Below are positions 52,879-59,847 of a stretch of DNA of 64,000 nucleotides, piece by piece (within the stretch, counting starts at the first letter, position 1; each line of letters starts with the position of its first letter). Origin of the DNA: an uncultured Planctomycetota bacterium (GTDB lineage Bacteria; Planctomycetota; Planctomycetia; Isosphaerales; Isosphaeraceae); contig CAWGMQ010000007.1 in assembly GCA_963823665.1 (NCBI GenBank), positions 224,001-288,000 of the forward strand, given 5' to 3'. The notes under the pieces are model-generated. The model searched no databases. It was given only the letters and a program-made list of their open reading frames with translations, and was not told where the DNA came from. The translations under genes and the position numbers were made by a program.

Positions 52879-54018
52879 TCAGACTTTCGCTGTCGCGAAC
52901 TTCACCACACCTTTTCCGCCGTCTGCCTCGCCGTCGAAGATCGTGAAATAGCCATTCATCAGCGGCAGGCCCAGGATCGCCAACCCCGGCTGCCCCGGCG
53001 TGATCGCGGGCGCAGCGAAACCAGCCTGCTGCGTATTTGCCTGCCAGTAATTGGACGGTGGCACGTCCAGTTTCACGTCGCCGGCATCGCCCTGCAGCAC
53101 GAACGTGATCGTGGGCCACGTGTCGAGCTGCAGATCCGACATCGAAACGAGCTGGCCCTGGTGGATCGCATCAGAAAGTAGCGTCTTCTGCGCGGCCGGG
53201 AACTTAGAGAGGATAGCCGCGAGCAACGGCGGACTCAAATTGAGGCTGTTTGTCCCGCTGTCGATGATCGAATTCGACGGCATGCCTTGCGGGCCCTGTC
53301 TGCGGGCCGCTATCGGAGAAGCGGAGCCGACGATCACGGCCTTGAGGTTCGTGTTGTACCACTGGTCCGACAGCACCTTCACGGATTGGAACGTGCCCGT
53401 ATACAGATCCGTGCTCTCTTCCCCGCCGCCAACGACCATCCAACCGTTGTTGAGCGGGTCGTTCGCGTCACCGGCGCCCACGTGGACGAACGAGCGGCGC
53501 GTGTAGAAGGAAATCCGGTCCGAAACGACGCCCGCGTCGGCGAGCTGCGTCAAGTACGGAACGAGGTCAGTTCTCGTGCCGGTGCGTACCTGCACAGAGG
53601 TGTAATGCTGCTGCGACGTGTCGTCGGGCATCTGGAACGCGTCGTCGAGCGGTGCGTAGGCCAGGCCGAGGATGCCGTCGGTTTCACCGAACATGTCCGA
53701 TGTCGCGTCGTAGGCGACCGCGACATTACCGCCTTGTAGCGTGGCGGCTGCACTGCCAGTGCCAGCGGTTATGGTCGATTTGATGACCGCGCCGGTCCAA
53801 CTGCTGCCGTCGCCGTAGGAATCCGTCTGCGCGAGCTTGGTGGACTGGTCGCCGCTGGCGAAGTCCGGCGTGTACTTCGTCCCGTCGAGGGCCAGCGCGC
53901 TGCTGCCGGTGTCGAGGAGGACGTTCATCGGCTTCTTGGCCGACCCGACAAGAATTACGCCCGTGTAATCACCCTTGGCGAAAACGTTCGTGATCGGGAC
54001 GCGAATGACGGTTGCCAT
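52879..54018 (-). CDS. Pepsin-like (A1) bilobed aspartic protease
   Basis: VLLDTGSS, flap SYGDGS, DGILGLAY, IIDSGT, ILGLPLMNGYFTIFD. Confidence 0.88.
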   Translation of the reverse strand: MATVIRVPITNVFAKGDYTGVILVGSAKKPMNVLLDTGSSALALDGTKYTPDFASGDQSTKLAQTDSYGDGSSWTGAVIKSTITAGTGSAAATLQGGNVAVAYDATSDMFGETDGILGLAYAPLDDAFQMPDDTSQQHYTSVQVRTGTRTDLVPYLTQLADAGVVSDRISFYTRRSFVHVGAGDANDPLNNGWMVVGGGEESTDLYTGTFQSVKVLSDQWYNTNLKAVIVGSASPIAARRQGPQGMPSNSIIDSGTNSLNLSPPLLAAILSKFPAAQKTLLSDAIHQGQLVSMSDLQLDTWPTITFVLQGDAGDVKLDVPPSNYWQANTQQAGFAAPAITPGQPGLAILGLPLMNGYFTIFDGEADGGKGVVKFATAKV

Positions 54019-54129
54019 GGCGAAATCTCCTTGGGGATTGTTGCGGTCAGCTCGCCTCGGTTGTACGGCGTGACGTATGATCCATGCATACGGTTGTTGA
54101 TCCACGTGAATATCAGGAATGAGGCGAGC

Positions 54130-54368
54130 AACCCGAAGGCGCGCGACCTGGCCCACTCGATTTCCTGATCGATCCATTTGTCGTCATCCTCTCGCGTTAC
54201 GCCATTCCACAACGCCTTTGCGAAGCTGAGGATCGCGAGCTGCGGAATCCCCTCAGCCAATTGCGAGCGTGCCCATGATTCAGGATCGGGAGCCCCCGCT
54301 CAGCGGAAAACTTCCGTCAGCGAACGGAGTTCGTCAGGGTTCACATCTTCGTCGCGTTGAAATGACAT
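54130..54368 (-). pseudogene. Cassette ORF with in-frame TGA (54300-54302), 3' truncated
   Basis: LTEVFR*AGAPDPESWARSQLAEGIPQLA..WIDQEI. Confidence 0.6.
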
Positions 54369-54381
54369 GTTTTGTCTCGTG

Positions 54382-54480
54382 GGCTAACGATTAAGCTCAG
54401 CGCCCCCGTGCGCGAGCGCGAGCTTGGATGATAACGCGACGCGCCGTGGCGGGCCGGCTCCGCTGAATCGCCGGTCAGGC
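54382..54480 (-). repeat. attC-like site (99 bp)
   Basis: GCCTGAC CGGC GATTCAGC G...C GCTGAGC TTAATC GTTAGCC. Confidence 0.75.
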
Positions 54481-54607
54481 GCGTCCTGGCGCTTCGTCCT
54501 GGGCCCCTACTCGGTGGTGCCTTGGGTGGACCCGGCGGCCTCACGGGCGGGGTTGATGGCTGTGGGACTCGTCCCGTGTCGGTCATCTCCCCTCCGATTC
54601 CTGAGCC

Positions 54608-54673
54608 ACCTAACACCCCAGATCAGCGGCCCGCCGTAGGGCGGGTCCGCCGCACAGCATCGCGTTGTTAGCC
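54608..54673 (-). repeat. attC site
   Basis: GGCTAAC AACGC...GCGGC GGAC CCGCCCTACGGCGG GCC GCTGATC TGGGGT GTTAGGT. Confidence 0.85.
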
Positions 54674-54696
54674 ACTGCGCCGTCTACTTCGAGCAT

Positions 54697-54754
54697 GGCT
54701 AACGGCGAGGTTCAGCGGCTCGCGGAGAGGGTCCGCTACAATCGAATCTTAGTC
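54697..54754 (-). repeat. attC site
   Basis: GACTAAG ATTCG ATTGTAGC GGAC CCTCTCCGCGA GCC GCTGAAC CTCGCC GTTAGCC. Confidence 0.85.
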
Positions 54755-55081
54755 TCGGCTCGCCCGGCTCCGGAGGATCTCACGAGAGGTCTCTTCGGAC
54801 GCCGGCACGTAACACTGTAGATCGCCGCGGAGGTCGTCAATGAATAGACGACCACAGTCTCGACACTGGTACATTAATCGGGAAGTCCGGCGGATGGTCT
54901 CCCGAGCCAGATTGCAGGCCGCCGATCGCTCGAGCCGACCGGACACGAGCGCGTCGATGACCTCTTCATCGAGGGAATCGTAGATGGCGAACCAGTCTTG
55001 GTCGGGGATCAGGTGCCCCTTGTGCGGCAAGTCGTCGGTCTGATCTACGATGCTCGCACCGCAAGGGCAACCGATCTTCAC
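54749..55081 (-). CDS. Cassette ORF: CPCG...CRDCG zinc-binding hypothetical protein
   Basis: GGAGG RBS, KIGCPCGASIVDQTDDLPHKG..YQCRDCGRL. Stop lies in R''. Confidence 0.8.
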   Translation of the reverse strand: MKIGCPCGASIVDQTDDLPHKGHLIPDQDWFAIYDSLDEEVIDALVSGRLERSAACNLARETIRRTSRLMYQCRDCGRLFIDDLRGDLQCYVPASEETSREILRSRASRD

Positions 55082-55100
55082 ATAAACCTCCGCACTTGCT

Positions 55101-55169
55101 GCCTGACGCCAGAGATCGGCGGCCCGCCGCATTGCCTCATTCGGCGGGAATCGCGACCCGCCTTCAGTC
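55101..55169 (-). repeat. attC-like site (only the right arm clear)
   Basis: ...GGCGG GCC GCCGATC TCTGGC GTCAGGC. Confidence 0.45.
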
Positions 55170-55679
55170 CTCGGTGCGACGCAACTCGATCAGGTATTCG
55201 ACACTCTTTCCGTCTTGGGCTGGGCGGGCAACGAGGGGTGCGGTTGACGTCGCGGCCGAAAAGTCTTCATATCCTTCGGCGGTGACCAGGAGGGTCGTGT
55301 CTGGTAGGTCGACCCGGCGAGTGTCACGCACCAGGGAGCGGTGACCAGCACCCTGGATCTGGCCGCCGAATCGACGGATGTGCCCCGGGGCGGACGTCTT
55401 TATATCGTAGACGAGGCCGCCCTGTACGAGCTTGACCCTGGCACCAACGACGGGCTGGCCGGTTGCTGCGTCCAGGACTTTGTAAATGACCGGGGTGCCC
55501 GCGTCCGGCCCCGACCAAGGCACCGCGGTCCATCGGTCAATAGCCGTGTAGGCCGTGAGCAAGGCGGCGATGAGGATTGGGAGGGCCATGAGAGTTCGCA
55601 GCCTGAAGTTGAGTCGGCCCAGAGCCCGCCGGCTTGGCGGTGCCCGCTCCAGCGGTGCCAATGGTCGCTCGCTATTCAT
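55164..55679 (-). CDS. Cassette ORF: membrane-anchored protein with a carboxypeptidase-regulatory-like beta domain
   Basis: FRLRTLM, TM helix, VLDAATGQPVVGARV, VTAEGY. Confidence 0.7.
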   Translation of the reverse strand: MNSERPLAPLERAPPSRRALGRLNFRLRTLMALPILIAALLTAYTAIDRWTAVPWSGPDAGTPVIYKVLDAATGQPVVGARVKLVQGGLVYDIKTSAPGHIRRFGGQIQGAGHRSLVRDTRRVDLPDTTLLVTAEGYEDFSAATSTAPLVARPAQDGKSVEYLIELRRTED

Positions 55680-55740
55680 GGTCGCTCCTGGCGGTGGCCG
55701 CGGAGATTGTCACCCGAAGGACCAGCGCGTCCACACGGCT

Positions 55741-55798
55741 GCCCAACGTGACGGTTCAGAGGTCCGCCGCGGGGCGGGTGCGCTTCATCTCGTCAGGT
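55741..55798 (-). repeat. attC-like site fused into the hicB copy
   Basis: ACCTGAC GAG ATGAAGC GCACCCGCCCCGCGGCGGACC TCTGAAC CGTCAC GTTGGGC. Confidence 0.55.
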
Positions 55799-55930
55799 CC
55801 CGATACAGGTCGATGAGATGATCCTTCAGATCGTTCAGGGAGTCGCCCTGGGTCCAGTAGTCGGGGTAATCGAGCAGGTATCCGAGGAAGGCATCCCCGT
55901 TTTGCCAGTGCACGAACTTGATGGTCTGTA
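55785..55930 (-). pseudogene. hicB: Second hicB copy (ATG>ATA, 3' truncated, hicA absent)
   Basis: Near-identical to 50257-50450, including the upstream TACAAT region. Ends DLTR*. Confidence 0.8.
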
Positions 55931-56040
55931 TAGCGAGGCTCCGTAGCCGGCGCATCACGGATGAATTGTAGCCCGGGGCGGCGCCATCCGGCAACCGAGA
56001 GAGCCCATCGCCACCCAATCCGTCGCGTTGCTGCTCTTTC

Positions 56041-56095
56041 CGTCGACGTCAGGCGGCCTGCCGCCAGTCGGGACCGCTGCATCGCCATCTTAGAC
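56041..56095 (-). repeat. attC-like site (right arm degenerate)
   Basis: GTCTAAG ATGGC GATGCAGC GGTCCCG...GGCCGCCTGAC. Stop of the upstream gene lies in R''. Confidence 0.65.
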
Positions 56096-56527
56096 GAGCT
56101 TGTCGCGAACCTTCGCCGATTCCTCCTGCAGGGCATGTCGGGCTCCGAGGATGAAGCCCTCGTCAACCCCGCCCGAATCGCACCTCGGGCACAGCTCGAC
56201 GGTGATCCAGGAGATCTCGTCGCCACCCAGGAAGTTTGGGGCGTGCTTGATCTCAGTGATCGCCCCACTCGGGTCTCGCACTCGCCACGTTCCGGAGGAA
56301 ACCAAATCGTCGAACCTGTCGAATTCCGCCGCGTCGTGATCCTGGTCCGAAGCAGCCCGAGCGGTGAAGTCCTTGCAGAATTCGATGAACTCACGGATCC
56401 TGCGCTCAAGCGGCACGCCGGGCACGGAGAAAGCCGGGCGGAAGGTACCGAACCAGGTCCCCTGGTGCTCGAATACCTCGGTGATATCACCGACAACGAT
56501 AGGGCCGTGATCGAGTTGGAGATCCAT
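56090..56527 (-). CDS. Cassette ORF: hypothetical protein
   Basis: GGAGG RBS after R', HQGTWFGTF..RIREFIEFC. Confidence 0.7.
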   Translation of the reverse strand: MDLQLDHGPIVVGDITEVFEHQGTWFGTFRPAFSVPGVPLERRIREFIEFCKDFTARAASDQDHDAAEFDRFDDLVSSGTWRVRDPSGAITEIKHAPNFLGGDEISWITVELCPRCDSGGVDEGFILGARHALQEESAKVRDKLV

Positions 56528-56549
56528 CAATCCACCTCCGACGCCCGCC

Positions 56550-56610
56550 GTTTAACCACAAAGATCAACGGCCCGCCGCCGGTCGGGTCCGCTGCGTCGC
56601 CATGTTAGCC
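56550..56610 (-). repeat. attC site (canonical)
   Basis: GGCTAAC ATGGC GACGCAGC GGAC CCGACCGGCGGCGG GCC GTTGATC TTTGTG GTTAAAC. Confidence 0.9.
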
Positions 56611-56647
56611 CACGCCACTCCATGATTTCATCGCCTCGTTAAACGAA

Positions 56648-57490
56648 TTAGCCCCATTTCTCAACGTACTTCGCGATTACATCAGCCAGGCTGGGACGGC
56701 CGAGGGCCGCATATTCCTGAGCCATCCTCCCGAGCAAAGACCCACGAACTCCTTCGTCTGTCCAGTGATGCCAGTAGGCTTCACGAAGGTACGCCAAAGC
56801 GGTGCCATGGAAGCCCCGTCTGCTCGCTTGCTCCGCTGCAGTGACGTAGTGTTGGCAAGGCGTACGATAACGATCAGTCGAAGGAATAGCAGTGTCCTCA
56901 AACTGGTTCCTTGGGGCCAAGACTCCGATACCATCCATGGTCTGCAAATGATGCCAGCCATCTGGAATCACCGGCATAATGTCAACTCCGTTGCCGTCCG
57001 GACCGTAGCGGGCCGTGTTCTGGCCTGACTCCGGGCCGACGCCAAGGCGCTCGCTGAGCAACCTAATGCCGCGGACGGACTCCTCGTCCAACTCCGCGTA
57101 ATCCGGAGCACTCGACACGAGGTTGCTGAAGCCGTCGGTTGTATCGGCTCCGAGCAGGAAGACGCCGCGTGCGTCCATCGGACACAGCTGACCCATGGGG
57201 TAGTCCGACTGGTCCAACTCCGGTGCATGAACTGCATAACCGTAGTGCACCCCATCGACTCCCATAGTGCCCACGGGGAAGAACTCCGCCGGAGTCTGGT
57301 GGTACCTGAGCTCGGCGGCGCCGAAGCGAAAGCCGCCGAATGCATCGTCGAAGAAACAAGATATGTTTAGCTTGCTCTTAGATTCGTGCCACGCGATCAG
57401 AACTAACTCAACGAAGGCCGGAGGGACGGCAAAACCGAACGCGTCCGAGAGAGACTGCTTGGTGGGAGCGACTGTCGGATCGAACCGCAT
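56648..57490 (-). CDS. HPF1/DUF2228-like (or SUKH-related) protein
   Basis: AFGFAVP, RYHQTPAEFF..GVDGVHYGY, TMDGIGV, GFHGTAL, YAALGRP.LA. Confidence 0.5.
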   Translation of the reverse strand: MRFDPTVAPTKQSLSDAFGFAVPPAFVELVLIAWHESKSKLNISCFFDDAFGGFRFGAAELRYHQTPAEFFPVGTMGVDGVHYGYAVHAPELDQSDYPMGQLCPMDARGVFLLGADTTDGFSNLVSSAPDYAELDEESVRGIRLLSERLGVGPESGQNTARYGPDGNGVDIMPVIPDGWHHLQTMDGIGVLAPRNQFEDTAIPSTDRYRTPCQHYVTAAEQASRRGFHGTALAYLREAYWHHWTDEGVRGSLLGRMAQEYAALGRPSLADVIAKYVEKWG

Positions 57491-57518
57491 AGCACACGGC
57501 CCTTCCATGTTAGGGGAA

Positions 57519-57866
57519 TTAGCCGTCGGCATGGTCGCCCCGATGCCGGACCTTGGGCGAACGAATCCGGTCCGGCGCGACACTCGACGGGGGCCAGAGC
57601 CGACGGGGCCTCAGCTCAAATGTGAAGAAGTAGTTGTCGAACGAGAGGTCCCGCGGGCCGGCGGCCCAGCCCCGGATACGCTTCTCGACCGCGACCCATC
57701 GGCGCCGCCGCCTCAGGATGCTCGGCTTCTCGTAGCGGTCCGATCGCCTCTTATGCCATTTGGCGTGGGAGATCGGGTGGCCGCCCTCCTCGTGGAGCAG
57801 GATGCGCAACCGTTTGAGGCCGTCGGCGAGCGATTCACCGTCTGCGATCTCGACCCTGACACCCAT
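57519..57866 (-). CDS. Ribosomal protein bS21-like paralog, copy 2
   Basis: Same 115-aa length as copy 1 and highly similar. ESLADGLKRLR..YEKPSILRRRRR. Confidence 0.6.
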   Translation of the reverse strand: MGVRVEIADGESLADGLKRLRILLHEEGGHPISHAKWHKRRSDRYEKPSILRRRRRWVAVEKRIRGWAAGPRDLSFDNYFFTFELRPRRLWPPSSVAPDRIRSPKVRHRGDHADG

Positions 57867-58040
57867 GTCGCGCGTCTTGACGGCCGACGCGAAGCCGTGG
57901 AAACGGATGACTGAACCGCCGGCGGGATGAGCAGCGTGACTCGAAATCCTTCGAGGTCTTGATTGGCTCTCCAGCTCTGGACACAGAAGCTTACCATCCC
58001 TGCCCGGCAAGACCAAGCCGGCTTCCTCATGCGATCGCCG

Positions 58041-58098
58041 GCCCAACAGCTGATGGCTCAGCGGCGCCGCGTGTGTCCGCTGCAGCGGCGGGCTCGGC
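58041..58098 (-). repeat. attC-like site
   Basis: GCCGAGC CCGCC GCTGCAGC GGACAC...GCC GCTGAGC CATCAGCT GTTGGGC. Confidence 0.7.
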
Positions 58099-58116
58099 GA
58101 CTGGCGTGAACCGGAA

Positions 58117-58521
58117 CTACTTGACGACGGCCGTTTCCCAGCCGTCGTATTCGCCCCCCAGAGACCGCGCCATCTCGTCGAAACCTGCTCCAATCGCCTC
58201 GATCGCCGCGAGATCAGGCACCATCGACTTGGTGCCGAGGCATAACCAATTCGGGCCCTGGGCCGCTCGGTCGACTCTCGCACCAAAGCCCTTCGCTCGA
58301 ATCTTATCGGCAATGTTCAGCGCTGCCTCCCGAGTGGGCAGGTATATGAAGAACTCAATGGAATGTGGCTTTGACAGGTCACTTCCAGCCTCTCTGAGTT
58401 GCGCGAGAACGAGTGCGTCGCCGCTTTTCGGCTCTGGGGATGCCCGATAACCCTTGATAGCGTAAATGACGGCGATCAGGATGAGGAAGGCAAGCAAGAA
58501 CGGCCAACGTGACCTCTGCAC
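58117..58521 (-). CDS. RraB-like (ribonuclease E inhibitor domain) protein
   Basis: VLAQLREAGSDLSKPHSIEFFIY..GGEYDGWET. Confidence 0.75.
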   Translation of the reverse strand: MQRSRWPFLLAFLILIAVIYAIKGYRASPEPKSGDALVLAQLREAGSDLSKPHSIEFFIYLPTREAALNIADKIRAKGFGARVDRAAQGPNWLCLGTKSMVPDLAAIEAIGAGFDEMARSLGGEYDGWETAVVK

Positions 58522-58545
58522 GGCTCGACCTCCGGACGCTGCATT

Positions 58546-58935
58546 TCACTTCAATCGCACTAACCCACCTTTTCGACGGATCAGGTTCTTGTAGTCCCAC
58601 TGGACGTCCCGCGCCTCGGCCAACCAGTGCCCAAGCTGCTCCGTGTCAACTTGATCGACAGCAGTGTATCGAGCTTCAGCGGCTTTGAAAGTCCCTTCCT
58701 TTTTCAGTCCCTTCTCCTTGAAAGACTGGCCACTCCAGAAGAGTAAGCGGACACAGTTCTTGAGCTTGCTGTACCCAACGACAGGATTCCCCTCGAGAAA
58801 CCATACAGGATGGGCGTGCCAAATCTTGTTCTCCGCCTCGGGAAGACCGTGATCAATCTGTTCGGCAAGCAGTCTACAAATCGCTCGATCGCTCAGCGCC
58901 TGTGACTCATTGTACGCCGTCGTGTCCGAGTGCAT
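58546..58935 (-). CDS. DUF1801 (YdhG-like) protein
   Basis: LPEAENKIWHAHPVWFLEGNPVVGYSK..LLFWSGQSF. Confidence 0.85.
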   Translation of the reverse strand: MHSDTTAYNESQALSDRAICRLLAEQIDHGLPEAENKIWHAHPVWFLEGNPVVGYSKLKNCVRLLFWSGQSFKEKGLKKEGTFKAAEARYTAVDQVDTEQLGHWLAEARDVQWDYKNLIRRKGGLVRLK

Positions 58936-59378
58936 GCGATCTCCTCATGCTCGAGTAGGGAGCAGGTTCTCCGCGTGGACGCTCGCCATTTGTTGCGGTG
59001 CGCGGGGCAACTGCATGGCGTTGTTCAAGTATGCCGCTTGCGCGGCAAACCAATCAGTCTCCGCTCGCGTGAGGTGAGAACGCGCGATCGACCGAATTCT
59101 CGTCGATTCAGAGCGCCCTAGCAATGCCCGCGAGAAAAGGGCCGAGAAACAGTCCGCGCTTGGGAACAAGGATCCCGCCCTCCCAGCGCGATCGCTCCGC
59201 GGTTCATGGGGGAGATAGAAGCGGACCCAGTGTATTGGCGGAAGCGAGTTGGGAAGCGCACTCTCCCTCGAGAGTCTCTGAAGGGCGTTGCCTAAGAGGC
59301 GAAAGTTTGACTCGAAGCTCGCCATCATTCAAGCGTCTCTCGCCGCATGACCGCGAAAACGATCGGCTCCGGTCTCGC

Positions 59379-59801
59379 TCACATCCGCTCCCTGCCACCA
59401 GCCATCGCTGCCAGTGTGTCATTGAGCCGCTTCAGCGCGCCGAGGTACCGCTTCGCCGCTTCGTCCTTACTGATCCCCAGCACCCGGGCAGTCTCGGCGC
59501 GGCCGAGCTTTCCGAAGTGTCTCAAGTGCAGGACCTCTCGGTCGATCGGGTCAAGGCTCAAGAGCGCCTGTTGCACATCCCGCGATCCCTCGTCCGTCAA
59601 GACCAGCGGGCTTTTCAAGAAGCTGTCATCGCGCGCTCCCATCTCAAACGACGAGTCATAAGCCAGCAAGCTTTCAACTTCGGCGCGGAGAGCGGGTTCG
59701 CCGCCACACGCTGCGTCCAGAAAGGCGGCGCGTTCTTCTTCGGGCAGCTCGGCCGCTTCTGCGAACAAGGTTTTCACGCGAAGGCTATCTCGCTCAGTCA
59801 T
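59379..59801 (-). CDS. In-frame chimera: kinase N-terminal segment plus ECF sigma region 4
   Basis: RVKTLFAEAAELPEEERAAFLDAACGGEPALRAEVESLL, then QALLSLDPIDREVLHLRHF..AAKRYLGALKRL. Confidence 0.6.
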   Translation of the reverse strand: MTERDSLRVKTLFAEAAELPEEERAAFLDAACGGEPALRAEVESLLAYDSSFEMGARDDSFLKSPLVLTDEGSRDVQQALLSLDPIDREVLHLRHFGKLGRAETARVLGISKDEAAKRYLGALKRLNDTLAAMAGGRERM

Positions 59802-59847
59802 GAATCTGCTACCCGCTCGAGAAATGAAGCGTCCGTTCCATCGTCTC

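Larger units (their letters stand above)
46404..58935 (-). mobile_element. Integron-type gene-cassette array without a visible integrase (CALIN-like), decaying
   Basis: About 15 attC-like sites separate small co-oriented ORFs. Stop codons are often embedded in R''. No tyrosine recombinase ORF in the window. Confidence 0.85.

Noticed and set aside
46404..58098. CRISPR array or Rho-independent terminators as the explanation of the repeats
   Set aside because: The repeats are variable, the spacers are gene-sized, there are no cas genes and no U-tracts. The box spacing fits attC.
58945..59328. Integron integrase or attI at the array head
   Set aside because: No ORF on either strand has tyrosine-recombinase R-H-R-Y motifs, and no convincing attI was found.
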